Below, in pieces: positions 50,233 to 61,216 of a DNA stretch of 64,000 nucleotides. The translations under genes were made by a program, and so were the position numbers. This stretch comes from a virus. The notes under the pieces were generated by a model that was not told the DNA's origin, made no database searches, and was given only the letters and a program-made list of their open reading frames with translations. Position 1 is the stretch's first letter, and each line of letters starts with the position of its first letter. Location: the IMG/VR virus record IMGVR_UViG_3300020473_002200, positions 124,265 to 188,264 of that record, one strand, 5' to 3'.

Positions 50233-50471
50233 TGAAATTAGTCGAATTTTTGATTATGGAAAATCTCCCGCTAAATGGTAGCTATTTGAGGATCGAAGAA
50301 CTAAAGAAAAATGTGATGTCTGATTTTTTTTCTATAAAAAAACAGGCAAAACCAGATATATTTGAAATAGCTTTAGAAAAGCTTGACTCGAAACAATGCG
50401 TTTTTATCAATAAAGGAACAAAATCAATTGCAGCAACACAATACGGAATCAACAAATTTAGTCAATCATAG
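50232..50471 (+). CDS. Hypothetical protein
   Basis: TAATG coupling. Confidence 0.4.
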   Translation: MKLVEFLIMENLPLNGSYLRIEELKKNVMSDFFSIKKQAKPDIFEIALEKLDSKQCVFINKGTKSIAATQYGINKFSQS

Positions 50472-50664
50472 ATATAATAGAAATAGTATTACTGTGGGAG
50501 ACTCAGTTGTTGTAAATATTGGGAAGAAATATATCGCAATTGTGAAGGGACTGAAGTTAGATAATAAAAATAAAAAAATATTTGCTTATCTAAAGGTATT
50601 TAGCGATGGACTCCCAACAAGGGTCGACGTTTCTGATTGTAAAATAGCTAAGAACGACATATAA
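50383..50664 (+). CDS. KOW-like hypothetical protein (start uncertain)
   Basis: ITVGDSVVV...IAIVKG. Confidence 0.35.
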   Translation: MTRNNAFLSIKEQNQLQQHNTESTNLVNHRYNRNSITVGDSVVVNIGKKYIAIVKGLKLDNKNKKIFAYLKVFSDGLPTRVDVSDCKIAKNDI

Positions 50665-50671
50665 GGCTTAA

Positions 50672-50745
50672 CCGCCTCGGCTGGCTGGTGGTTAGGAGGC
50701 GTCTTATAAGCGTCTTGAAGCAGGGTTCAATTCCCTGGAGGCGGA
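50672..50745 (+). tRNA. tRNA-Ile(TAT)-like with atypical D-arm
   Basis: Acceptor CCGCCTC/GAGGCGG, anticodon loop CTTATAA, T-arm CAGGG-TTCAATT-CCCTG. Confidence 0.55.
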
Positions 50746-50760
50746 CTAATTTTCCCATAG

Positions 50761-50833
50761 GGGCCTGTAGCTCAGTGGTTAGAGCACCCGGCTCATAACC
50801 GGACGGTCCTCGGTTCAAATCCGAGCGGGCCCA
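50761..50833 (+). tRNA. tRNA with CAT anticodon (probably Ile2, alternatively Met)
   Basis: Canonical cloverleaf, loop CTCATAA; no fMet features. Confidence 0.9.
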
Positions 50834-50867
50834 CTATTTATTTTTAGCTTTGCAATAGGAGAAAATT

Positions 50868-52616
50868 GTGGGAAGAACAGTAATACGCGCTGATGGTGTT
50901 GAAGAAGATACGCTTGAAGACAAAGACGGTGACACCAAAGTTCAGGTAGAAGAATCATCTGACGAAGATAAAATTAGATTCGATACTGCAGGTACCGAGC
51001 GTATGATCATCACAGATGCTGGCCTAGTTGGGATAGGAACATCTTCACCAATATCAGAGCTAGACGTTGCTGGCAAAATATCAATCACATCTGAAAACTC
51101 AACACCATCCCAACCGGCAGATGGTAAAGGTTATCTATATACTAAGTCTGATGGTAAGCTGTACTGGCGATCATATGATTTATCTGAGACTGATTTAACA
51201 GCTGGTGGATCGAGTGGTATATCTCACGATGGAAGTACAGCAGATGGTGTACTAACATACAAGGATGCAGATGAAGCCACGGTAGAATCGAATATGACGT
51301 TTGATGGTAATACCTTAACGGTCTCTGGAAATGTTTCTAGTAACTATGTCGCAATTCTCGATAATGATCAAAGTTCGGCTGGTCATGTCTTAAAACTCTT
51401 AACTGATGGTAACGGTTCCGGTAGTCGGATTCTAGAAATGGAAGACGGCGATGGTGACGTTGTGTTCCGTGCCCGAGCCGATGGGCGGTTTGGGTTTGGG
51501 CCAGATGGCGTAAGCAGTATGGGCGCTGGTACATTTGTGGTGGGCATTGATAATTCATCTCATACCGCTGATATAGCTATATCCCAAAGGCTACAACACC
51601 TTGGAGACAGTAATACATATCTAGATTTTCCAGCTGCTGATCAAGTCCAAATTGTAGTTGGTGGTGTAGATATGCTTCATATTACTGAAGATGACAGTCA
51701 GGATAAAATTGTCTTTAATGAAGGTGGGGCAGATGTTGATTTTATAATAGAGTCACCTAATGAAACAAAAGCTTTATATCTCCACGCTGGAAATGAAGTA
51801 CTTCATATTAATCATGGCGAATCAAATTTCCAAACAAAAATTCATAATACAAATGATTTAGCGCTTACAGTAAATTCCACTGGGGTAGTCCTAAATGATG
51901 ATGGTCATGCTACAAACGATTTTCGTGTAGAAAGTGATAACAATGATCACATGTTATTTGTAGACGCTGGCGCTGATAAAGTTGGTATAAATGATAATGA
52001 CCCTATATCTGAATTATCTGTTGCTGGCAAGATATCGATAACAGCTGAAAGCTCTACACCATCTGCCCCAGCAGATGGTCACGGGTGGCTTTATACTAAG
52101 TCTGATGGTAAAATATATTGGCAGTCAAATGATGTGTCTGAAACTGATCTAACAGCTACCGGATCGGGCGGAAGCTCATCAGAGTCCAATGTTACGTCAA
52201 CTCTTACATATGATAATGCTGCCTTTGATCTAGGTACAAGTACTTATACAGCGAAGGATACAGTCATATCGGCGCTAGCAATTGCTGCTAATAAAACTAT
52301 TACGGGCGTATCTTTTGAAATTCCTGCAGCGTGGACGTTAAATAGTGGTACAGCCAGCGGAGAGATGCAAATTAAAATTGGTGATGTTTGGTACAAACCC
52401 CAATACTACACAGAGTCGTATGGGTATATCTCCGAGTCAGGTTATTGGTTAAAAAACCACACTACAGGAATTTACGGTTTTGTAGGTAGTAGGCAATCAA
52501 GTACGAGTTCGGGAGTAGCGGTTACCGTAAAGGTTAAGGGTGTCACTAATGATACATCGAATAGCGGCGGATATTTAACTGCCGGATCTATAAAAATAAC
52601 AATCTATTACACCTAA
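50868..52616 (+). CDS. Tail fibre/spike-like protein
   Basis: VGIGTSSP repeats, ERMII motif, internal duplicated module, Gly/Ser/Thr-rich. Confidence 0.65.
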   Translation: MGRTVIRADGVEEDTLEDKDGDTKVQVEESSDEDKIRFDTAGTERMIITDAGLVGIGTSSPISELDVAGKISITSENSTPSQPADGKGYLYTKSDGKLYWRSYDLSETDLTAGGSSGISHDGSTADGVLTYKDADEATVESNMTFDGNTLTVSGNVSSNYVAILDNDQSSAGHVLKLLTDGNGSGSRILEMEDGDGDVVFRARADGRFGFGPDGVSSMGAGTFVVGIDNSSHTADIAISQRLQHLGDSNTYLDFPAADQVQIVVGGVDMLHITEDDSQDKIVFNEGGADVDFIIESPNETKALYLHAGNEVLHINHGESNFQTKIHNTNDLALTVNSTGVVLNDDGHATNDFRVESDNNDHMLFVDAGADKVGINDNDPISELSVAGKISITAESSTPSAPADGHGWLYTKSDGKIYWQSNDVSETDLTATGSGGSSSESNVTSTLTYDNAAFDLGTSTYTAKDTVISALAIAANKTITGVSFEIPAAWTLNSGTASGEMQIKIGDVWYKPQYYTESYGYISESGYWLKNHTTGIYGFVGSRQSSTSSGVAVTVKVKGVTNDTSNSGGYLTAGSIKITIYYT

Positions 52617-52625
52617 GGAAGTAAG

Positions 52626-52844
52626 ATGATTACAGGAAAATTATTCGGAGGCTTAGACGTTATTGGAGAAGCTATTTTGTTAAAAGAATTGCCCAATAAC
52701 GAAGTTGTGATATTAGTATTAGAGCTTCCTTCGCCAATAGGGGCTATGAATATGAATCAACCACACGAATGTAAGACTACTTCTTGGAGGGTGCTTAGTG
52801 CTGATACTGCTCAAGAAAATGTACTAACTTACGTACCTAACTAA
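52626..52844 (+). CDS. Hypothetical protein
   Basis: 72-aa ORF. Confidence 0.4.
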   Translation: MITGKLFGGLDVIGEAILLKELPNNEVVILVLELPSPIGAMNMNQPHECKTTSWRVLSADTAQENVLTYVPN

Positions 52845-52863
52845 AAGCAATAGGAGAAAAAAA

Positions 52864-53019
52864 ATGGCGAGGCAATCAAGAATACCAGGAAAGACTAAAA
52901 AGAAAACGCGACAAGGCAATGGAAAGTATAGCAAATTTTCTCAAAAAGGAAGTCAATCTACTGGGGGTGGTAAAACGCCCAAAGGCTACCGCAAAAGATA
53001 TCGTGGGCAAGGTCGTTAA
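52864..53019 (+). CDS. Small basic protein ending YRGQGR (51 aa, not in ORF track)
   Basis: AGGAG SD; TAATG coupled to iscU. Confidence 0.6.
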   Translation: MARQSRIPGKTKKKTRQGNGKYSKFSQKGSQSTGGGKTPKGYRKRYRGQGR

Positions 53020-53405
53020 TGGCATATTCAAAAAAAGTATTAGACCATTATGAGAATCCGCGCAATGTTGGAACTCTTAATAGGGACGACACTAGTGTTG
53101 GCACTGGCCTTGTTGGTGCACCAGCTTGTGGTGATGTAATGAGATTACAGATCAAGGTTAGCGAAAACGGTATCATCGAGGATGCTAAATTTAAAACGTA
53201 CGGTTGTGGTTCTGCAATAGCATCATCTTCATTGGTCACAGAGTGGATAAAGGGAAGATCTATAATCGAAGCTCAAGAAATTAAGAATATAGATATAGCG
53301 GATCATCTTTCACTTCCGCCTGTTAAGATTCACTGCTCTGTTTTGGCTGAGGATGCAATAAAGGCTGCAATTCAAGATTATAAAGATAAGCAAAATAATA
53401 ATTAG
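53019..53405 (+). CDS. iscU: Fe-S cluster scaffold IscU
   Basis: DHYENPRNVG, GAPACGDVM, YGCGSAIAS, LPPVKIHCSVLAEDA. Confidence 0.96.
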   Translation: MAYSKKVLDHYENPRNVGTLNRDDTSVGTGLVGAPACGDVMRLQIKVSENGIIEDAKFKTYGCGSAIASSSLVTEWIKGRSIIEAQEIKNIDIADHLSLPPVKIHCSVLAEDAIKAAIQDYKDKQNNN

Positions 53406-53410
53406 ATTTT

Positions 53411-53689
53411 GTGATTTATAGAGCTACCCTTAAGAAACCCTGGAGATCTCATAGGGGAAAGCTGTACCCATCAGGTTCCACTTTCGAGTTAAGCAAAAGG
53501 CTAGAAGACATAAACTCATCTATATATAATTTCAGTGCCCCTGGTATAGGATACGGAATAGTTGTATTACCTAATCGCATTTTCGAAATACCCTCTGAAG
53601 GAGAAAGACATATCCGCAAACTAAGAAAAGAAATGATAGATGAACATATAAGAAAGACATCTAATCCATTTATAAAAAGAAAAGATTGA
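53411..53689 (+). CDS. Hypothetical protein
   Basis: 92-aa ORF. Confidence 0.4.
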   Translation: MIYRATLKKPWRSHRGKLYPSGSTFELSKRLEDINSSIYNFSAPGIGYGIVVLPNRIFEIPSEGERHIRKLRKEMIDEHIRKTSNPFIKRKD

Positions 53690-53706
53690 TTAAATTTATT
53701 AATCAT

Positions 53707-53794
<88 letters not shown>

Positions 53795-53807
53795 ATATGG
53801 AGATATC

Positions 53808-54431
53808 ATGCCAAAGACTATAGTGAAAGCATATCAGGTAGAAGAGACTGCTCTTCAAGATAAAGATAATGATACAAAGATCCAAGTGGAAGAATCTGCT
53901 GATGAAGACAAAATAAGGTTCGATACCGCTGGAGCAGAGCGTATGATTATTGATAATGTGGGGAATGTTGGGATCGGTACGTCAAGCCCGGGTACTCTAC
54001 TTTATATCCACGGGGACGCTCCAGTGGCTACAGTGCGTAGAGATAATAATGCTGACACTAGCGCTATTCAATTTCAGGGAGCTGCAGGGTATATCGGAGC
54101 CTATGTAAAATTCCTGGCAGATGAAAGCGGCTCTGGTGGGACTAATAATGATTTGGCTTTAGGCACCGGAGCAACAGTCGCCGAAAGGGTACGGATCAGG
54201 GGAGATGGCAAGGTTGGTATTGGTACAACATCTCCAGCAACAGAGCTACACATCAATGGCAGTCTTACTTTTACTGAAAGAAGCTCTGATCCCGCAAATC
54301 CAGCTGAGGGTAATTGCGTATTGTGGATGTCTAATGGGTCTGGATCTGGTGATGATGGAGATATTATGATAAAAATTACAGCTGGCGGTTCCACAAAAAC
54401 AGTTACTTTAGTGGATTTTAGTTCTTCTTAA
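53808..54431 (+). CDS. Tail fibre-like protein, paralog of 50868..52616
   Basis: Shared [27 protein letters not shown] module; VGIGT repeats. Confidence 0.6.
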   Translation: MPKTIVKAYQVEETALQDKDNDTKIQVEESADEDKIRFDTAGAERMIIDNVGNVGIGTSSPGTLLYIHGDAPVATVRRDNNADTSAIQFQGAAGYIGAYVKFLADESGSGGTNNDLALGTGATVAERVRIRGDGKVGIGTTSPATELHINGSLTFTERSSDPANPAEGNCVLWMSNGSGSGDDGDIMIKITAGGSTKTVTLVDFSSS

Positions 54432-54486
54432 AAGAAATTCAAGATTTTGTTTATGCTGTAAGCTCTAGGTCCCCATATTTAAGATC

Positions 54487-55083
54487 ATGAGGGTCATTAA
54501 ATACTTAATGATTGTTTCAATCATTTTGTTACCAAATATGAACGCTTGCTATCATCAGAATGTTACGAGCGCAATCGTTGAAGTAGATTGTACAAAAATA
54601 TCACATGTACCAAAAGCGATACCAGGAACTCCAAATATCTCTATTAGCTCATCGCACTGTAAAGACTACCAATTTAATTTAAGATCTATTAAGTTAGCTT
54701 TGGATATATTTGTGCAAGAGTATTCATCTTCGTTTGACATAACGGAAGACGAAGCGTGGCTATTATTAAGCGGTTTGCATATTGAGGTAAGCGCCATCCC
54801 CAGAACAGTTAAGGCTGCGTATACTGTGGATGGTAAATTATTAGAGGGGGACGTACCGGTTAGCGGATTAGCGCTAAATAAAAACCTAATATGGGTTGAG
54901 ATAAAAACATCTCAAATTTGGTCGTCTGCTTTAGTTCATGAATTAATCCATACAATAATATGGAGAAAGAATATAGTCCACGCTGATCCTGATCATGAAG
55001 GAAAAGAATTTTCTGGCTGGACAAAAAAGCATACAGAGTTAATAAAAAGAATAAACAAAATTTTATTAGATGCAGAAATATAG
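54487..55083 (+). CDS. Secreted HExxH protein
   Basis: Signal-like N-terminus, LVHELIH. Confidence 0.5.
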   Translation: MRVIKYLMIVSIILLPNMNACYHQNVTSAIVEVDCTKISHVPKAIPGTPNISISSSHCKDYQFNLRSIKLALDIFVQEYSSSFDITEDEAWLLLSGLHIEVSAIPRTVKAAYTVDGKLLEGDVPVSGLALNKNLIWVEIKTSQIWSSALVHELIHTIIWRKNIVHADPDHEGKEFSGWTKKHTELIKRINKILLDAEI

Positions 55084-55094
55084 AAGGAGCAAAA

Positions 55095-55298
55095 ATGCCA
55101 ATTTATAAATTTAAGTGTGATAGCTGCGGCTACGAGTTTACAGTAATAAGAAAGATGTCTGATGATGGAGATGTAGTGTGTGAAAATTGCTCATCAACAT
55201 TAACGAACAAATTAGTTGCTAAAACATCATTTACACTTAAGGGGGCCGGGTGGTATAAAGACGGATATTCTGGTAAAGCGAAACCTAATACAACTTAA
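55095..55298 (+). CDS. FmdB-family zinc-ribbon protein
   Basis: MPIYKFKCDSCG...CENC...F.LKGAGWY. Confidence 0.85.
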   Translation: MPIYKFKCDSCGYEFTVIRKMSDDGDVVCENCSSTLTNKLVAKTSFTLKGAGWYKDGYSGKAKPNTT

Positions 55299-55314
55299 CT
55301 CTATATTTAAAGGC

Positions 55315-55755
55315 ATGGGTAGTAATATAGTATCAATTTCTATTTATACGAATAATCAAAGAGTAAAATTGACACCAGATACTGATGGCATGTTTTTAGT
55401 TCCTAATTCAAAAACTAATTCTTTTTCAAAGCCATTAATAAAGGTTACAGCTGTTCAATTAGTTAGTCATCCAAAAATAAAATACATGGATCCTGTTCTG
55501 ACTCTTGATGACGGTAGCAAATTGAGGGTTTTTCAAGGTGGTGATCCAACTGCAATATTAACATTGGCAATTTCTTTACTTGAAAAACATGACAAAAAAT
55601 TTAAGAAAAAGATACCTGTATTTTCAAAATCAATGAAAAAGAAAAAAGTAATCACAATTCTAGATGCACCATTCAATAATGTTTATGTAAATCCAGATTA
55701 CGACGACTATGATTATCCATGGGATGATCCCAATCTATATGATGACGCTGATTAA
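55315..55755 (+). CDS. Hypothetical protein
   Basis: Start moved to the ATG after the intergenic gap. Confidence 0.45.
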   Translation: MGSNIVSISIYTNNQRVKLTPDTDGMFLVPNSKTNSFSKPLIKVTAVQLVSHPKIKYMDPVLTLDDGSKLRVFQGGDPTAILTLAISLLEKHDKKFKKKIPVFSKSMKKKKVITILDAPFNNVYVNPDYDDYDYPWDDPNLYDDAD

Positions 55756-55799
55756 TTTATTTTTGTAAATTTTAATTTGCAATAATATAATAATACGTT

Positions 55800-56039
55800 A
55801 TGAATGAATGGGAACCGCTAGTAGTAAAAGGGCAGCACGTTATTCATATTTTGAATAGTGTTAAAATGAGTACTTTGATATCGATCCGCGAAGACTTAGG
55901 GGAAATGACATTTGTTAATGCAGATGTAGTTCGAATAGTCGAAAAAGCAATTTTCAATCGACGAAAAAGACAGACTTTAGAGCATCTAGAAACTGTCTCT
56001 ATTGAAGAGCCAGATTTTTGGGATGAGCCTGATGAATGA
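55800..56039 (+). CDS. Hypothetical protein
   Basis: 79-aa ORF. Confidence 0.45.
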   Translation: MNEWEPLVVKGQHVIHILNSVKMSTLISIREDLGEMTFVNADVVRIVEKAIFNRRKRQTLEHLETVSIEEPDFWDEPDE

Positions 56040-56529
56040 ATTGATACTTGCTCTTTGCTTATCTGTTCCTGCTTTAGGGATGTCTACTTACAAAAATAAA
56101 AAAGCGTGCCAATACATGCCCCAAATAGTAAAAAGCGCTAAGAAACACGAAATAAAAATAGAAATCTTAGTTAGCTTAATTTTTGTTGAAAGTAGCTTTA
56201 GAAGAAAAGCTGTTAGTAATAAGGGAGCGTGTGGATTGACTCAGGTGATGCCAAAATATACTGGCAAATATTCTCCTATTAAGAAATACAGCTGTGATCA
56301 ACTTAAGGATCCTTATACATCTATAAGAGCTGGTTCAAAAATACTTAGGTGGTGGATCAACTACCATGATGGAGACCTCAAGCGAGCTTTATGTTCGTAC
56401 AATGCAGGTTTTCGATGTGGTAAGAATAAAAAAAGAAAGATAAGTAAGCTTGGAATGAAGTACTCTAGAAAAGTATTGGAAAAAGCTAACCTTATTGAAA
56501 CTAAAAAAAATCAATTCTTAAATAAATGA
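56032..56529 (+). CDS. Lytic transglycosylase (SLT domain)
   Basis: IFVESSF, GACGLTQVMP, SYNAG; N-terminal signal. Confidence 0.85.
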   Translation: MNELILALCLSVPALGMSTYKNKKACQYMPQIVKSAKKHEIKIEILVSLIFVESSFRRKAVSNKGACGLTQVMPKYTGKYSPIKKYSCDQLKDPYTSIRAGSKILRWWINYHDGDLKRALCSYNAGFRCGKNKKRKISKLGMKYSRKVLEKANLIETKKNQFLNK

Positions 56530-56668
56530 AATCATTACATTTTTAAATTTTTTTTAAAAAAAATGCCCTTTAGGGGTTTTCATTCATAAAACGGTGTCTA
56601 TCGTATTAATAGCGGTGGTTAAAAAATAATCATTCGTGACATGCGATTAGTAAAACAAAGGAGGAAGC

Positions 56669-57088
56669 ATGTTTAATCCAGTAGTTCGTGATAGTTTTTT
56701 TGGTGAGTTTGACAATATCTTTAATACATTGGTTCGACCAAGCAATAGGTATTCTGTTATCACAGGCCAAGTTACGCCTAAGGCAAATATTTCAAAAGAT
56801 AATGAAGGATATCAAATCGCAATTGCTGCGCCTGGTTTGTCTAGGGCAGATTTTAATATCGAAATTACAGACAACGTATTAACGGTATCAACAGAGGGCA
56901 ATGTTAAAAATAATGAAAACTCTTTAAGACAAGAATATTCTTATCATAAGTTTTCTCGTGCTTGGAGTCTTCCTGAGAATACAAGCGTTGAAGATATTAC
57001 AGCTGACTATACTGCGGGTATTCTTAATTTGAACATCCCGGTTAATGAAGTTATTATTAATAAGACAAAAAAGATTGAGGTTAATTAA
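56669..57088 (+). CDS. Hsp20 small heat-shock protein
   Basis: APGL...F.IEI....[22 protein letters not shown]. Confidence 0.9.
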   Translation: MFNPVVRDSFFGEFDNIFNTLVRPSNRYSVITGQVTPKANISKDNEGYQIAIAAPGLSRADFNIEITDNVLTVSTEGNVKNNENSLRQEYSYHKFSRAWSLPENTSVEDITADYTAGILNLNIPVNEVIINKTKKIEVN

Positions 57089-57099
57089 AGGAGAAGCTC

Positions 57100-58992
57100 A
57101 TGTCGAAAGTTATTGGTATCGATTTAGGGACGACAAATTCATGCGTTGCCGTTATTTCAAATGGTGATCCAGAAGTAATTACTAATGAGGAGGGCAATAG
57201 AACAACTCCTTCTGTCGTAGCATTCACAGACAAGGGTGATAGACTTGTTGGTCAAACTGCAAGAAGGCAGGCAGTTACGAACCCTAAGAAAACGATTTTT
57301 TCTGCTAAGCGATTTATTGGTATGAAAACCAATGATATGAAAAAAGAGATCAAGAGGGTACCTTACACTGTTATTAATGCTAATGATGGATCTTGTAGGA
57401 TCCAGATAGGTGATAAAGATTATTCACCGCAAGAAATTAGTGCACAAGTACTTTCTAAATTAAAGGAAGCTGCTGAAAGATATCTGGGCGAGTCAGTCAC
57501 TGAAGCAGTCATCACCGTCCCTGCATATTTTAATGACGCACAACGCCAAGCCACAAGAGATGCTGGTAAAATCGCAGGACTTGACGTAAAACGAATTATC
57601 AATGAGCCTACCGCGGCAGCGCTTGCTTATGGCATGGATAAAAAGGGCGAGCGTAAAATTGCTGTTTATGATTTGGGCGGTGGTACTTTTGATATCTCTA
57701 TTCTTGAGATTGACGCTGGTGTTGTCGAAGTCCTTAGTACAAATGGTGATACCCATCTAGGTGGTGACGACTTTGACAATGTTTTAATCGATTATATTGT
57801 CGCTGAATTTAAAAACGAATCAGGCATTGATGTTTCTAAAGACGCTATGGTCATGCAAAGGTTGAAAGAAGCCGCAGAAAAAGCTAAGATTGAACTTTCA
57901 AGTACGCAGTCAACTGATATTAACTTGCCATTCCTAACAGCAGACTCGACCGGCCCAAAGCACCTTAATTTATCGCTTTCACGATCTAAGTTTGAACAAC
58001 TCATCGATGGATTAGTGCAAAAATCTCTTAAGCCAGTAAAGGCTGCTTTAAAAGATGCGAGTACAAAGACTTCTGAAATTGATGAAGTTATTTTAGTTGG
58101 TGGATCAACCCGTACACCACTTGTTAGGCAAGCAGTTGAAGAGCTCTTTGGAAAGAAGTGTAATTCTTCTGTAAACCCTGATGAGGTTGTCGCCTTAGGT
58201 GCTGCAGTCCAGGGAGGTGTTTTTTCAGGTGAAGTTAACGATATTTTATTGCTTGATGTAACCCCATTGTCTTTAGGGATTGAAACGCTTGGTGGCGTTA
58301 TGACAAGACTAATAGACAGAAACACCACAATCCCATGTAAAAAGTCTGAAACCTTTAGTACCGCCGCAGATAATCAACCAGCAGTTGATATTCACGTACT
58401 GCAAGGTGAGAGAGAATTTGCTACAGATAATAAGACCTTAGGTAACTTTAAGCTAGGTGATATTCCTCCTGCTCCTCGAGGTATTCCGCAAATCGAAGTT
58501 ACTTTCGATATTGATGCAAACGGAATCGTAAGTGTGTCAGCAAAAGATAAGGCTACAGGTAAAGAGCAAAGTGTTGTAATTGAAAATGGTGGCTCTCTTT
58601 CCGATGAAGATATCCAGCGGATGGTCGAAGAAGCTCAGGCTAATAAAGAAAAAGATCAAGAGAGAAGAACACAAATTGATAACATGAATAAACTCGAAAG
58701 TCTAATTTATCAAACTGAAAAGACTATGACTGAGCATGAAGACAAAATGGAAGATGGAGATCTAGATGATATTAAGTCTGCCCTGGAGTCTGCGAAGAGT
58801 CTATTAGGTACAGATCAGCATGATGAAATCGCTGATATGCTGCAGGAATTTGAAACAAAAGTTCAAGAAGCTGTTGGTAAAATGTACCAAAAAGCCATGC
58901 AATCCGCGGCTCAGGAAACAGCAGCTCAAACCCCTGATGCTGAAGAGCCACCCAATGATGACATAGTAGATACAGAATTTAAAGATGCATAA
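57100..58992 (+). CDS. dnaK: DnaK (Hsp70)
   Basis: [39 protein letters not shown]. Confidence 0.98.
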   Translation: MSKVIGIDLGTTNSCVAVISNGDPEVITNEEGNRTTPSVVAFTDKGDRLVGQTARRQAVTNPKKTIFSAKRFIGMKTNDMKKEIKRVPYTVINANDGSCRIQIGDKDYSPQEISAQVLSKLKEAAERYLGESVTEAVITVPAYFNDAQRQATRDAGKIAGLDVKRIINEPTAAALAYGMDKKGERKIAVYDLGGGTFDISILEIDAGVVEVLSTNGDTHLGGDDFDNVLIDYIVAEFKNESGIDVSKDAMVMQRLKEAAEKAKIELSSTQSTDINLPFLTADSTGPKHLNLSLSRSKFEQLIDGLVQKSLKPVKAALKDASTKTSEIDEVILVGGSTRTPLVRQAVEELFGKKCNSSVNPDEVVALGAAVQGGVFSGEVNDILLLDVTPLSLGIETLGGVMTRLIDRNTTIPCKKSETFSTAADNQPAVDIHVLQGEREFATDNKTLGNFKLGDIPPAPRGIPQIEVTFDIDANGIVSVSAKDKATGKEQSVVIENGGSLSDEDIQRMVEEAQANKEKDQERRTQIDNMNKLESLIYQTEKTMTEHEDKMEDGDLDDIKSALESAKSLLGTDQHDEIADMLQEFETKVQEAVGKMYQKAMQSAAQETAAQTPDAEEPPNDDIVDTEFKDA

Positions 58993-59006
58993 TTTTTAGT
59001 TATATC

Positions 59007-59035
59007 GTGCAAATTGTTTGACCGTATGTTATAAT
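59007..59035 (+). promoter_or_regulatory. Putative promoter GTGCAA-N17-TATAAT
   Basis: Intergenic member of the repeated motif. Confidence 0.6.
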
Positions 59036-59061
59036 ATAAAAGAAGGTGGAAGGAATACTCG

Positions 59062-59253
59062 ATGAGTAACTTAAGCAAATATTATGGCAAAGGTAAGCTT
59101 GTTGTTTTGAAATTTGAAGACAATGGAGCAATCGGCGCAATTCAATATGCGAACCATAGAAGCGATAAATATCAAATTATGTGGAAAAGGCCTGGGGGCG
59201 AGCGCTGGATTGGATTACATTCTAGATTAGCCCTCAAGCCTTATTTGGGATAA
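59062..59253 (+). CDS. Hypothetical protein
   Basis: 63-aa ORF. Confidence 0.4.
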   Translation: MSNLSKYYGKGKLVVLKFEDNGAIGAIQYANHRSDKYQIMWKRPGGERWIGLHSRLALKPYLG

Positions 59254-59256
59254 TTT

Positions 59257-59670
59257 ATGAAATACTCTGCTGGTACAATCATTATAGATGAATCAGGGCC
59301 CGAGAAGACTGTTCTGTGCCTTCGAGCATATTCGAATTGGGATTTCCCCAAAGGTCAGCTTGAAGAAGGTGAGCAAGCCATTACAGCTGCAATTCGTGAG
59401 ACTTCGGAAGAAACCTCATTGCAGCATGGCGCTGATTATATTTTGACAGGAGATACTGCTCCTTCGATTACTTATGGGTCTGGAAAAAACAAAAAGACTG
59501 CAACATTCTTTTTAGCAAAAAGAATGTCAAGTAAGCAACCTGTTTTGCCTGTTAATCCAGATTTAGGCAAACCAGAGCATGATGAATGGAAATGGGTACC
59601 CTTAACTGAGATTGGCTTTCTTTATAGTGGGCGATTTGATCCAATTATTAATTTTTTACAAAAAAACTAG
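59257..59670 (+). CDS. Nudix hydrolase (Ap4A hydrolase-like)
   Basis: WDFPKG.LE.GE...AAIRETSEET Nudix box. Confidence 0.9.
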   Translation: MKYSAGTIIIDESGPEKTVLCLRAYSNWDFPKGQLEEGEQAITAAIRETSEETSLQHGADYILTGDTAPSITYGSGKNKKTATFFLAKRMSSKQPVLPVNPDLGKPEHDEWKWVPLTEIGFLYSGRFDPIINFLQKN

Positions 59671-59675
59671 AGTTC

Positions 59676-59704
59676 GTGCAAAACCAGGACGCACCTGGTA
59701 TAAT
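59676..59704 (+). promoter_or_regulatory. Putative promoter GTGCAA-N17-TATAAT
   Basis: Upstream of the RNA ligase gene. Confidence 0.6.
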
Positions 59705-59735
59705 AAACTACAACCAACAACATGGGGAGCAAACC

Positions 59736-60875
59736 ATGAATGAGAATATTGTCCGTATTGTTCAACTTATTACCAGCGAAATTCGCACTCAAGAAGATAA
59801 AAAGGAGAAGTGGGCCAGCTTTAAGCGTGAACATGCTGATACGCTTCGTGATTTGCTTGAGTTAAATCATACCGATTTTAAAAATCCTGGGACTTTGCTT
59901 GGTTTTGATATCGATGCAGAGCGTGGTTTGATTTTGTTAAATTATACAGGTCAAGCGCATAATGAGCTACATGACGTTGAGGGTGGGTGGTCACAACCTT
60001 TACGCGAAATGCGCGGTTTGATTTACGACTTCACAACTGAGGTGCCCACTCTTGTTTCGCGTGGCTTCGAGAAGTTCTTCAATGCAAACGAGCTTCCAGA
60101 GAATACTTACGAAGCGCTGCGGGAAAAGTATGGGCAGAATGAATTCATTGCTCGTGAAAAAGCAGATGGTCACATGATTGAGTACTTTGTTCATAAGGGA
60201 GAATTATGCGCATCGACCCGTGGTAAGTTTGGTACAGCTAGCTCTGTAGAGGCTTTGTCTATGTTTACGGTAGATGATTTTATTAGCATGAATAACACAA
60301 TCGGTGGAGATCTACTTTCAGTTGTAGTAGAGCTAGTGACACCGAACACTGAAGTGCATGTTGATTATGAAGGAAAGGAAACGCTTTATCTTCTGGCTGC
60401 CTATACAAAGAGCGGCACCAAGCTCCCTCTTCGGCATATCGAGACACTAGTGAACGATAATCCAAAGTTGTTTACTTTACCGAACGCACGTATGATGACA
60501 CTTGATCAAATGATTGAAGAGATCAATGATCGTTCTGTCCATAATAACGAAGGTTGGGTTATGGATTTCAATGGTCAGCTTATTAAGTTTAAGTACATCG
60601 ACTATATTGGGCAAATGGTTAAGGAAAAGCTTAGCTACAAGTATATCATGAATTGTATTAGGAATGATAGGCTTGATAAGATGTTTTATACACTACCGGA
60701 AGAACTTCGGGAATTTGCCTATACTATGGTCGATGATGTCTGGGCTAAGGCGACTGAAGCTAGGTTGGCAAATGACCATAAGGTATTGTACACAATGCAT
60801 TCGGATCTAGAGGGTAGCACTGCTTATTTCCAAACCGTTTGTCGCGCTTTCTATCGAGAGTGTGTAAGTGTTTAA
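59736..60875 (+). CDS. T4 Rnl1-like RNA ligase
   Basis: RGFEKFFN, EKADG (motif I), STRG, VELV, EGWV, KFK. Confidence 0.85.
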   Translation: MNENIVRIVQLITSEIRTQEDKKEKWASFKREHADTLRDLLELNHTDFKNPGTLLGFDIDAERGLILLNYTGQAHNELHDVEGGWSQPLREMRGLIYDFTTEVPTLVSRGFEKFFNANELPENTYEALREKYGQNEFIAREKADGHMIEYFVHKGELCASTRGKFGTASSVEALSMFTVDDFISMNNTIGGDLLSVVVELVTPNTEVHVDYEGKETLYLLAAYTKSGTKLPLRHIETLVNDNPKLFTLPNARMMTLDQMIEEINDRSVHNNEGWVMDFNGQLIKFKYIDYIGQMVKEKLSYKYIMNCIRNDRLDKMFYTLPEELREFAYTMVDDVWAKATEARLANDHKVLYTMHSDLEGSTAYFQTVCRAFYRECVSV

Positions 60876-61036
60876 AAAGAAAAACTCGGTTCGCTTCGCC
60901 AGAGTATTGACTAGCGTATCACGAAAGCTAGAAAATATTGGGGCGGTAAAAACTGCGCTATGGTTAGAGAAGCGTGCCGAGTCTTTTGATAAAAACTTAG
61001 TAGCCGACAATGTTTTAAAGAGGTTTTAATAAACAG

Positions 61037-61112
61037 GCTGGCGTAGCTCAATTGGTAGAGCAGCTGATTTGTAATCAGCAGGTTGTAGGTTCAAGTCCTA
61101 TCGTCAGCTCCA
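61037..61112 (+). tRNA. tRNA-Thr(TGT)
   Basis: Cloverleaf, loop TTTGTAA, encoded CCA. Confidence 0.95.
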
Positions 61113-61216
61113 TTTTATAAGGAAATATGATGGGTTTTTGGGGGACATTTTTCACTGTACTTTTGGCACACTTTGTTTATGATTTTATTGTTGCAAATTC
61201 TACCGAAGAATATTAA

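Noticed and set aside
56530-56668. CIRCE or sigma32 heat-shock element upstream of hsp20-dnaK
   Set aside because: No TTAGCACTC-N9-GAGTGCTAA or CTTGAA/CCCCAT match; only a weak CCC/GGG hairpin in an AT tract
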